Below, one piece after another: positions 40,796 through 49,404 of a stretch of DNA of 64,000 nucleotides. Within the stretch, counting starts at the first letter, position 1. Every line of letters starts with the position of its first letter. The stretch is from an uncultured Spirochaetota bacterium (GTDB lineage Bacteria; Spirochaetota; Brevinematia; Brevinematales; JAOACQ01). The notes below the pieces were generated by a model that saw only the letters and a program-made list of their open reading frames with translations, was not told where the DNA came from and did no database searches. The translations under genes and the position numbers were made by a program. The DNA lies in NCBI GenBank assembly GCA_963835575.1, contig CAWIGG010000006.1, positions 256,001-320,000 on the forward strand, written 5' to 3'.

Positions 40796-42283
40796 ATGAA
40801 TTCGGCAAATGTTATGAATCAAAAGAAGTATTTTTTTACATATCTCGGAATGGTTTTCCTGATTGCTTTCGCTCTTTTCTTTTTCCGTTATACATATCCA
40901 AACGGCCCTTTCTGGGATGAGAATTATCATATCGCTTCGGCCCAAAAGTATGTAAACGGCGTCTATTTTATGGAGCCGCACCCTCCGCTCGGGAAATTGA
41001 TAATGGCCCTGGGCGAAGCCCTTATAGCGCCCAATAAGGGCATTGATACTGCGCCTTTTTTATCGACGGATTATATTTCCACTTTTCCGGACCAGTATTC
41101 CTTTGCCGGGATGCGTTTTTTCCCCATTCTCTTTTCGGCATGTTCGGCGCTCTTTTTCTTTATGATCCTGTACAGGCTTTCCGTTTCAATTCATTATGCC
41201 CTGCTCTTTTCCGCCTTCTATCTGTTTGATAACGCGCTTATCGTGCACCTGCGGGGGGCCATGCTTGAGGGCATACAGATATTCTTTATTCTGGCCGCGG
41301 TTTATTATTTTATAGAGCTTCTCCGGAAAAAAGAAAAAAGAAAAGTTCTGGAATATTTTATTCTGGGGCTTCTTGCCGGTCTGGCTGTTTCTGTTAAGCT
41401 TAACAGCGCCGTTGTTCTGCTCCTTTTTGTTTTTCTGGCTTATGAAGATTACGGTTCCGATGTCCTGCAGTTGAAAATAACAAAAGAAATGATCATAACT
41501 TTTACTAAAAAAACTCTTTCTGCTGCCGCGGGTATCCTTATAGTCTTTTTTATCAGTTTTTATATTCATTTCGCCATCGCGGGAAATGTTATGAACGGCC
41601 GGTTCTATCAGGCGTCGGAAGAATATAAATCGATATTGAGCCTTCATGAAAACGCCGATCCGCTGCGTTTTTTCACAATGCTTCGCGATTACGTCGGTTA
41701 TATGCAGAGCTATGAGAAGGGTGTGCCGAAATGGGACCCGTCAAAACTCGATGAAAACGGCAGTCCGGCCTTCACGTGGCCGTTCGGTTATAAAAGCATC
41801 AATTACCGCTGGACAAAAACAGACGGAAAGGTCGCCTATCTTTACCTGCAGGGGAATCCGCTTATATGGTTATCCGCTTTGGCCGGCATAGCGCTTTCCC
41901 TCATTTATATAGGCGGAAGGATTTTCTTTAAAACGCCGGTAGAGGACAAAGGCTCTTTCAAGCTTATTGTGTATTTTTCAATTCTATATATCGTTTATAT
42001 GGCATTGATGATGTCGCTGGAAAGGGTCATGTACCTCTATCATTATTTCATTCCGCTGATCTTTTCTTTTTTCCTGGCTTTTCTTATTTTTCAGCATTAT
42101 TTTAAAGAGCATATGAAGACAAACGATAAATTTCTGCGCGTAGTTTCCATAATTATTGCCGCCGAGATATTCTGCGTTTTCCTGTTCTACGCGCCGTTCA
42201 GTTATTATATACCGCTGGACAGCCTGGATTTTATAAAAAGGATCTGGACTAAAGCCTGGGGTTTAATACCGATTAATTTTTAG
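40796..42283 (+). CDS. PMT/GT39-like lipid-carrier-dependent (protein O-mannosyl) transferase
   Basis: FWDE.YH, HPPLGKLI, SPAFTWP, GNPLIW, R.MYLYHY motifs; multi-TM. Confidence 0.8.
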   Translation: MNSANVMNQKKYFFTYLGMVFLIAFALFFFRYTYPNGPFWDENYHIASAQKYVNGVYFMEPHPPLGKLIMALGEALIAPNKGIDTAPFLSTDYISTFPDQYSFAGMRFFPILFSACSALFFFMILYRLSVSIHYALLFSAFYLFDNALIVHLRGAMLEGIQIFFILAAVYYFIELLRKKEKRKVLEYFILGLLAGLAVSVKLNSAVVLLLFVFLAYEDYGSDVLQLKITKEMIITFTKKTLSAAAGILIVFFISFYIHFAIAGNVMNGRFYQASEEYKSILSLHENADPLRFFTMLRDYVGYMQSYEKGVPKWDPSKLDENGSPAFTWPFGYKSINYRWTKTDGKVAYLYLQGNPLIWLSALAGIALSLIYIGGRIFFKTPVEDKGSFKLIVYFSILYIVYMALMMSLERVMYLYHYFIPLIFSFFLAFLIFQHYFKEHMKTNDKFLRVVSIIIAAEIFCVFLFYAPFSYYIPLDSLDFIKRIWTKAWGLIPINF

Positions 42284-42294
42284 TTCCGATTGAG

Positions 42295-42870
42295 GTGTTT
42301 ATGTTGAAATGGACAGACAGAAGAATGATTCTGCTCTATGCCGCGGTGTTATGCGGACTTTTTTTTATTTATAAGGTAATCACTCCTGTTGTTTTCGGCA
42401 GAAACATTCAGATGACCATCACCAAACAGAAAGGAAAGATTGAAACGCTGGATACTCCGGTAGTGTCCGATTTTAAGGAAATATATTATATCAATACAAT
42501 CGATTTCCCGGGCGGTTCTGTGCTTGTCCATAAAGACCTGGGCAATTTCGCCTATGCCCAGGATTTTTTTCTCGATTTTAACGCTAAAATCGAGATCTTA
42601 AAAGACGGAATATTCCTGTTTGATATCGCTTCCGATGACGGGTTCCGGTTCAAGCTTAACGGCAATATGATAGGCGAATTTATTTCCAACCGGCCGTTTG
42701 AAACCAACCAGTACAGCGTGCTCCTGAATAAGGGGATCTACAACATGGATTTATTCTATTATCAGGGGTTCGGTCTTCTCGGATTAATAGCCGCCTATAG
42801 ATTTCAGGAAGGCGGAAGGACTTATCTTTTCGGCGAGGACTCGCCTTATATGAGATTTAAAAGAGAATAG
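42295..42870 (+). CDS. PA14 domain protein
   Basis: F.IASDDGFRF.LNG, L.YYQG.G. Confidence 0.75.
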   Translation: MFMLKWTDRRMILLYAAVLCGLFFIYKVITPVVFGRNIQMTITKQKGKIETLDTPVVSDFKEIYYINTIDFPGGSVLVHKDLGNFAYAQDFFLDFNAKIEILKDGIFLFDIASDDGFRFKLNGNMIGEFISNRPFETNQYSVLLNKGIYNMDLFYYQGFGLLGLIAAYRFQEGGRTYLFGEDSPYMRFKRE

Positions 42871-43020
42871 CATTCCAAAGTTAAGCAATTTATTTTTTCT
42901 CATCAATAGTCATGAAAATAGAAAAAAATAATTGATTTCGAGATTTGAAGTTTCAATTTGGACAGCTTACTTAAAAATTTCATAACAAAATATAATTATT
43001 AAAGTGAGACATATCAAATT

Positions 43021-43383
43021 ACCCCAATAACTCACCCTTCGGCAGGCTCAAAGTAAACTCCTAAAACGGAATTTTGCCGATAAACACGGATGCTTCGACT
43101 GTGCTCAGCGCAGGTTTCATTGATATTAAGGGCAGTTCTAAAAACTCAAATATTTAGAACTGCCGCTATTATATGAGTTCATGCTACCGCCCGAGTTCGC
43201 TGTCTGAAAAGATCATCAACCAGCGAACTCTATACGGTAGCGTCAATTAAATTTACAAGAGATTCTATAACCGGGGCAGTTCCAAAACCTATGTTGGAAA
43301 TATCTGATTGATTTTGAGTTTTTGGAACTGCCCTTAAGTAAATACATTCTTCTGATCCGTGTAAATCTGTGTGGAATTGGGGT
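43021..43383. repeat. Four-layer nested inverted-repeat element
   Basis: IR pairs 43021-28/43376-83, 43126-50/43313-37, 43153-64/43275-86, 43183-202/43221-41. Confidence 0.8.
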
Positions 43384-43414
43384 CGATTTAATAAATCATA
43401 ATTCAATTCAGTTT

Positions 43415-45085
43415 TTACCCTTTTATCTCAAAATAATCCTTCAGTATCCAGAAGGCCGCCGAACACAAAACTATCAATAAAAATATAATGATATTATTTC
43501 GGAAACCGATTTCAAATTGAGCGTTCTGATACGTGATTTTACCGTTCCGCAGATTTTTTAAGTATCCCCCCAGATTGGTGATCTGGTCCAGATAAATAAA
43601 ATTTGAATTGTATCCGGCAGCGGTTTCCCGGTTTTCCGTAAGCATGCCGTTTTCCATGGGATTGTCCGAAATAGAGTAGAGCGTTTCCTGACGGTTTGTT
43701 GGCCGGCGGTATATTCCGGGAGCGGAAACACCGGCCGGATTGTTTTCGCCGGTTATATAATTTAATTTATTGAAAAGCAGGCCCTGATTTTTATCTCCGA
43801 TCAGAAAATTCACATTATTCTGCCAGAAATGCGCGAACAAATTATAAGCGATATCTTCCCCGAGCCTGGAGAAGTCCCATTTCCATGTATCAAATCCGAA
43901 AAAAACCCGGGAACGGGGCAGAGGTTCTATCAATAAATCTTTTTCGTCAAGGGCTGTTTTCACGATCAGCTCGGAATTATCATAGTTAAAAGTTTTTTCT
44001 TTAAAGTTTTCCAGGGCGGGGCCGATTGAAAAAAGGCCGAGGAGCTGTCTCATCTCATGATACTCATTCAGGCCCGGTTCATAAAAAATTGGTTTTTGGG
44101 CTTTTATCGCTTTAATGAGTTCTGTTAGGTCTGAAAATTGACTGTCCTTTAAATCGAGAAGTATGATCCCATTGTAGGAAAGACATTCCGGAAAGCGGAT
44201 TTTATCCCGGTATTCTTTTAAAACTACGGCATCGGTTTTAATCCACTTAAGTCCGGCCAGGAAGCGCCTGATAAAGGCGAATTCGGCGGATGGCTTTCCC
44301 GAGATGAGAAGGATTTTATAAAATTCCGGCAGCACATCGATGGCCCTGACAATTGAATTATTGTTCGTATACCGGTCTTCCTTATTATCGATGGTGAATG
44401 AGATAATGTGAAAACCGGGCCGGCCGGGCACCAGGGGAATATCGCTTTCATTTTCCCCCGGTTTTAAATGGACAGGGATATTCCGGATATTTCTACCGCT
44501 GTCGATTATTTTTAAATCCGCCTTCTGGTCCCTCGCTGATTCTATTTTTATTTTTATATTCTCTTTTTGTCCGCTCTGGAGATATTCCGGCAGTGCGGCC
44601 TCTGTCAGTGAAAGCGGGTCATTATTGGTCTTATTTACCGGTTTGATTATAATAGGATAAATATCCGGCAGTTTTTCAAAAGGAATGTAAGAGTAGTTGT
44701 CATTAAAATCGCTTATCACGGCTATCTTTGTATTCCCGCCGAATTTTATCTTGAGATAATTAAGGCTGTCATATAGCGCCGTGTATTGATCATTCAGCCG
44801 GTTTGTATTTTCCGAAACCGTGTCGGCGAAATAAAAAACTTTAATATCATCCGGGAGAAGCCCCGGATTAAAAGAAGGAACGCTCCGGCTTTTATCGACG
44901 AGGAGGCAGACCGTTTCCTTTATTTCCTTCCGGTACTTGACAGTCAGCTGATAATTGAATAAAAAGAGAAGTGATAAAAAAACCGTCGGTGATAAAAGGA
45001 AGGACAATATCAGGGATTTTTTTTTTATATATACGGCAAGAAAAACCGCGAGTGCCCCGGCGCATGAAATAACCAGCTGAGCCAT
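43415..45085 (-). CDS. Membrane protein with vWA-like (DxSxS) and Ig/CARDB-like regions
   Basis: N- and C-terminal TMs; LLVDKSRS, TALYDSL, ISDFNDN; likely start MAQLV. Confidence 0.65.
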   Translation of the reverse strand: MAQLVISCAGALAVFLAVYIKKKSLILSFLLSPTVFLSLLFLFNYQLTVKYRKEIKETVCLLVDKSRSVPSFNPGLLPDDIKVFYFADTVSENTNRLNDQYTALYDSLNYLKIKFGGNTKIAVISDFNDNYSYIPFEKLPDIYPIIIKPVNKTNNDPLSLTEAALPEYLQSGQKENIKIKIESARDQKADLKIIDSGRNIRNIPVHLKPGENESDIPLVPGRPGFHIISFTIDNKEDRYTNNNSIVRAIDVLPEFYKILLISGKPSAEFAFIRRFLAGLKWIKTDAVVLKEYRDKIRFPECLSYNGIILLDLKDSQFSDLTELIKAIKAQKPIFYEPGLNEYHEMRQLLGLFSIGPALENFKEKTFNYDNSELIVKTALDEKDLLIEPLPRSRVFFGFDTWKWDFSRLGEDIAYNLFAHFWQNNVNFLIGDKNQGLLFNKLNYITGENNPAGVSAPGIYRRPTNRQETLYSISDNPMENGMLTENRETAAGYNSNFIYLDQITNLGGYLKNLRNGKITYQNAQFEIGFRNNIIIFLLIVLCSAAFWILKDYFEIKG

Positions 45086-45087
45086 TA

Positions 45088-45492
45088 TTACCCCTCTATG
45101 CACTTTACAGTGTATTTTCTATGCCTCGGGCCGTCGAATTCCGCGAAATAAATCCCCTGCCATGTTCCGAGGAGGGCCCTGCCGCCGGATATGACCAGAG
45201 TGAGGGAAGGACCGAACAGGCTCGATTTGATGTGGGCGTCCGAATTTCCCTCGGCGTGGGCGAAGCCGGATTGTTGGGGGATAAGCTTTGAGAGATAATG
45301 ATTGATGTCGTATACCACATCCGGATCGGCGTTTTCATTGATCGTGACTCCCGCTGTCGTGTGGGGCACGAATAGGACGCAGATCCCCTCTTGGATTTTT
45401 GATTCGGAAATGCATTGCTGGACCATATGGCTGATATTAACGAGTTCAATTCTGTTTTTTGTTGAAATGGACAATTCAAAAATATTTTTCAT
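45088..45492 (-). CDS. yjbQ: YjbQ family protein (secondary thiamine-phosphate synthase-like)
   Basis: PHTTAGVTINENADPDV, EGNSDAHIK, LGTWQGIYFAEFDGPR. Confidence 0.9.
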   Translation of the reverse strand: MKNIFELSISTKNRIELVNISHMVQQCISESKIQEGICVLFVPHTTAGVTINENADPDVVYDINHYLSKLIPQQSGFAHAEGNSDAHIKSSLFGPSLTLVISGGRALLGTWQGIYFAEFDGPRHRKYTVKCIEG

Positions 45493-45718
45493 AAAAGTCT
45501 CCTCTGCAGGGGCATAAAATTTTACTCTCAAACAGTTTATCAATTGACTTTAGCACAGCGCCCTGATATTGTCAAATGATGCTTAAAAGAACTTGACGGG
45601 CATAATTGTTTTATGCCATGGCCGAATTTCTTTATTTTTTATAACGGATGCTTTATAATGAGATTTAAGTAATAATCCATCTAATTAATAGTTTAATTTT
45701 ATTCAAGCGGGTGAATAA

Positions 45719-45970
45719 ATGGCAAAGAAAGCCGAAAAGACCGGGCGCAGTTTTGAAGAGGATATGCACCGTCTGGAAGAGATCGTGGATAAACTGGAAA
45801 GCGGTGTGCCTGTCGAAGAGTCTCTTCTTCTTTATGAGGAAGGGATGAGGCTGTCCAGTAAACTGGAAGTGAAGCTCTCGGAAATCGAGAGAAAAGTCTA
45901 CGAGGTTAAGAATATCTCAAAGCTCGCCAGCGGCGAGGATACGGAAATGGAAGTGGGCCTGTTTAAATAG
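45719..45970 (+). CDS. xseB: Exodeoxyribonuclease VII small subunit
   Basis: SFEE...RLEEIV.KLE....EESL..YEEGM.L. Confidence 0.9.
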   Translation: MAKKAEKTGRSFEEDMHRLEEIVDKLESGVPVEESLLLYEEGMRLSSKLEVKLSEIERKVYEVKNISKLASGEDTEMEVGLFK

Positions 45971-45996
45971 GATTTGTTTTTTAACGGGAGGATTTA

Positions 45997-46335
45997 ATGC
46001 CTTTAAGGCCGACCAGGATCGGGGTGAATATAAAAGCGAGTTATACCCTGAAAAATTGCGAAGGTGAAGGCATAATAGTGGATATCTCCACCGGCGGCCT
46101 GGCCATGGAAGTCAGGCAGATATTTGTCATAGGCGATCTTGTGCATGTCATATTCAGGCTTCCGGATACCAATAATGATGAAGTTGATTTCTGGGGAATT
46201 GTCCGTACTGTTAACGGGAATATGCTCGGTGTGAAATATGAAGAGATATCGAATGAGAATATTGAAAAATTAGACCGCTTTGTCACCAGTTTGATACTTA
46301 CGGCGGGAAGGCAGGCCAGAGAGCCTTTTGAGTGA
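45997..46335 (+). CDS. Single-domain PilZ protein
   Basis: RxxR-like N-terminus, DISTGG motif, GVKY. Confidence 0.75.
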   Translation: MPLRPTRIGVNIKASYTLKNCEGEGIIVDISTGGLAMEVRQIFVIGDLVHVIFRLPDTNNDEVDFWGIVRTVNGNMLGVKYEEISNENIEKLDRFVTSLILTAGRQAREPFE

Positions 46336-46340
46336 TATAA

Positions 46341-46372
46341 GCATTTCCAAAAACCCAGGTTTTTGGAAATAC
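46341..46372. repeat. CATTTCCAAAAAC palindrome, minimal form
   Basis: GCATTTCCAAAAACC-CA-GGTTTTTGGAAATAC; related copies at 5279-5313, 24137-24187 and 43126-43337. Confidence 0.7.
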
Positions 46373-46431
46373 CCGGTAATATAATAAAAGAAGCGGTAAT
46401 GAGTTATCGCTTATTTTTTTGGGAGCTTTGA

Positions 46432-47184
46432 TTGAAAATCGGCTTTTTCTATAAGAAGGGTGAAGAAAAGGGTTTTTACGGGGCGCTTTACGGCGGTAAA
46501 GTGAGGAAATTAAACGATTTTTTACTGAGTAATGAATGGGAAGAGTATGAATTGTCAGAACTGGACATATCGGTGCCCGCGAACCCTTCAAAAATCGTGG
46601 CCGTCGGGCTGAATTACTCCCGTCATGCCGAGGAAATGAAAGGTAAAATCCCGGAAGAGCCCGTTCTATTTTTAAAGCCACCATCAAGCATTTTGCCGCA
46701 TAAAGGAAAAATTATATATCCCGCTTCAGCCGGCAGACTTGACTATGAGGCCGAACTGGCGGTAGTCATCAGCAAAACGGCAAAGAATATTGAAGCGGGC
46801 GAAGCCCCGGAACATATCCTGGGTTATACGGCCTTTAATGATGTGACGGCGAGGGACCTGCAGGCAAAAGACGGGCAATGGACAAGGGCCAAAGGTTTTG
46901 ACACTTTCGCCCCGTTCGGTCCGTTCATTGAAACCGCGATAGCCGATCCGGGGAAGCTGAAAATCCAGGCTGTCCTGAACGGGGAAGTAAAGCAGGACTC
47001 GAATACGTCCAATATGATTTTTGACGTTTTTACCCTTGTGAGTTTTATCAGCAAAGTTATGACCCTTTACCCGGGGGATGTGATCGCGACAGGAACGCCG
47101 GAAGGCATCGGACCTATGCGGAAAGGCGATGAAATAATCATCCGGATCGAAGGCCTGGACGATCTTGTTAATAGGGTAGCCTGA
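46432..47184 (+). CDS. Fumarylacetoacetate hydrolase family protein
   Basis: KIVAVGLNY..H, LDYEAEL, NDVTARDLQ, KGFDTF.P.GP, PGDVIATGTP.G.G. Confidence 0.9.
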   Translation: MKIGFFYKKGEEKGFYGALYGGKVRKLNDFLLSNEWEEYELSELDISVPANPSKIVAVGLNYSRHAEEMKGKIPEEPVLFLKPPSSILPHKGKIIYPASAGRLDYEAELAVVISKTAKNIEAGEAPEHILGYTAFNDVTARDLQAKDGQWTRAKGFDTFAPFGPFIETAIADPGKLKIQAVLNGEVKQDSNTSNMIFDVFTLVSFISKVMTLYPGDVIATGTPEGIGPMRKGDEIIIRIEGLDDLVNRVA

Positions 47185-47348
47185 AGGCCTGCATATATTT
47201 AAACAGTATTGTTTTTACACTGCTTGAGAGCTCATTTTTTTAAAAAATAAAATAATTTTGTTCCATTGAGGATCAGTCTGCACCCATAGAAATTTTACTT
47301 TCCCTTCATTATTAATTATATTTAATGGTGAATTAAAACCATGATCAG

Positions 47349-47470
47349 CCGAAATTGAGCGATTTATTTTTTATTTAACTATAGCGTATATAATTCCCCT
47401 CACCATTTTGTCGGGCAGCGCATGAGAAGCTAACAAAATGGTGAGGGGTAAAAGAATCGCTTAATTCCGG
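47349..47470. repeat. CCCTCACCA-arm palindromic element, copy 4, inside an outer IR (upstream of clpP)
   Basis: Inner CCCCTCACCATTTTGT/ACAAAATGGTGAGGGG 47396-47448; outer CCGAAATTGAGCGATT/AATCGCTTAATTCCGG. Confidence 0.85.
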
Positions 47471-47515
47471 GTTTATGTTATATTACTATTTATAGGATTA
47501 TAAAAGGAGTTTATT

Positions 47516-48097
47516 ATGTTGATACCAATGGTTATTGAGCAGAGCAACAGGGGTGAAAGGGCCTATGATATTTATTCCAGGCTTTTAAAAGATAGAATCG
47601 TGTTTCTGGGGGCGGTGATCGATGATGATGTGGCGAACCTTGTGATTGCCCAGCTTCTGTTCCTTGAGGCCGAAGACCCGGAAAGGGACATCAATCTCTA
47701 TATCAATTCGCCGGGAGGCGTAGTCACTTCAGGCCTGGCGATTTATGATACAATGCAGTATATCAAGTGCGATGTTTCCACGATCTGCATCGGCGAGGCC
47801 GCATCGATGGGCGCGGTGCTTCTGGCCGCCGGGAAAAAAGGCAAGCGTTTTACACTGCCGCACTCCCGGATTATGATCCATCAGCCTTCCGGAGGGACCC
47901 AGGGCCAGGCCAAGGACATCAAGATCCAGGCGGAGGAAATGCTCCGGACAAAAAGCACGCTGGACAATATACTGGTCAAGCATACAGGCCAGGTCCTCGA
48001 CAAGATCGAGCTGGATACGGACAGGGATTTCTTTATGTCGGGGTCCGAGGCAAAAAAGTACGGGATTGTGGATGAAATTCTTGAAAAAAGGAAATAG
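47516..48097 (+). CDS. clpP: ATP-dependent Clp protease proteolytic subunit
   Basis: [27 protein letters not shown]. Confidence 0.97.
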   Translation: MLIPMVIEQSNRGERAYDIYSRLLKDRIVFLGAVIDDDVANLVIAQLLFLEAEDPERDINLYINSPGGVVTSGLAIYDTMQYIKCDVSTICIGEAASMGAVLLAAGKKGKRFTLPHSRIMIHQPSGGTQGQAKDIKIQAEEMLRTKSTLDNILVKHTGQVLDKIELDTDRDFFMSGSEAKKYGIVDEILEKRK

Positions 48098-48099
48098 GT

Positions 48100-49392
48100 A
48101 TGACAGTAAGAAGAGAGGATATGGATAAAAATCCTCAAAAAAACAGGAAAGTCATTCAATGTAATTTCTGCGGAGCGATGTCTTCGGATGTTTACCGCAT
48201 GGTAAAAGGCGACGGCGAGGTCTATATCTGCGACAGCTGCCTGTACAACTCGTACCAGGCCATTCAAAATGAGCATAAGCAGTCAGCCATAAATACGGTC
48301 AATAAACTGCCGAAGCCAAAGGAGATGAAGGAATTTCTGGACCAGTACGTCATAGGCCAGGACAACGCGAAAAAAATCCTTTCCGTGGCGGTTTATAATC
48401 ATTACAAAAGGATTTTTTCGAACTCTTTCATGAAAGATAAAAATGACGTGGAGATAGAAAAAAGCAATATTATTCTATTAGGGCCCACGGGAAGCGGTAA
48501 AACGCTCCTTGCCAAGACTCTGGCAAGGCTCCTGGATGTGCCCTTCGCGATAGCCGACGCGACGACGCTGACGGAAGCGGGATATGTGGGGGACGATGTC
48601 GAAAATGTCCTCCTCAGGCTCCTGCAGAACACGGCGGGCGGATATTTTGACCCGGAATCCAGGGAACTGGAACAGCTGATCTCACGGGCCGAAGTCGGAA
48701 TAGTTTATATCGATGAGATCGACAAGATAGCCAGGAAGAGCGAGAATGTTTCCATTACCCGCGATGTTTCGGGCGAAGGGGTCCAGCAGGCGCTCCTCAA
48801 GCTGATAGAAGGAACGGACTCGTCTGTGCCGGCTTACGGAGGGAGGAAGCATCCCCAGCAGAAAAACATCATGATGAATACCACCAATATATTATTTATT
48901 GTGGGCGGGGCTTTTGTCGGGCTGGATGATATCATCAAAACAAGGATCGGCAAGAAGGAAGTCGGGTTTAAAAGCGCGCAGGTCAATAAAAAGATCGATA
49001 CCGATACGATCTTGAAGGAAGCCATACCCCATGATTTCATTAAATACGGCCTTATTCCGGAACTGGTCGGGAGGCTTCCGGTCACGGCGGCGCTCCACGA
49101 ACTGACGGATGAAGAGCTCAAGAAAGTCCTGACGGACCCGAAGAACGCGATCATCAAGCAGTACCAGAAATTGATGGGCCTTGAGAATGTCGAGCTTGAG
49201 TTTACGGAAGAGGCCATAAACGAGATCGTTAAAAAAACAAAAGAGAAAAAAACAGGCGCGCGCGGGCTGCGCTCAGTGATAGAGGAAGTGATGCTGGACA
49301 TTATGTATGAAATACCGTCCATGAAAAAAGTCTCGCACTGCGTCATTGATAAAGATGTTGTCTGTACGGGCAAAGAGCCCAAAATAGCGTAA
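48100..49392 (+). CDS. clpX: ATP-dependent Clp protease ATP-binding subunit
   Basis: Zn finger CNFC...[35 protein letters not shown]. Confidence 0.97.
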   Translation: MTVRREDMDKNPQKNRKVIQCNFCGAMSSDVYRMVKGDGEVYICDSCLYNSYQAIQNEHKQSAINTVNKLPKPKEMKEFLDQYVIGQDNAKKILSVAVYNHYKRIFSNSFMKDKNDVEIEKSNIILLGPTGSGKTLLAKTLARLLDVPFAIADATTLTEAGYVGDDVENVLLRLLQNTAGGYFDPESRELEQLISRAEVGIVYIDEIDKIARKSENVSITRDVSGEGVQQALLKLIEGTDSSVPAYGGRKHPQQKNIMMNTTNILFIVGGAFVGLDDIIKTRIGKKEVGFKSAQVNKKIDTDTILKEAIPHDFIKYGLIPELVGRLPVTAALHELTDEELKKVLTDPKNAIIKQYQKLMGLENVELEFTEEAINEIVKKTKEKKTGARGLRSVIEEVMLDIMYEIPSMKKVSHCVIDKDVVCTGKEPKIA

Positions 49393-49404
49393 TGAGGTAA
49401 GAGA

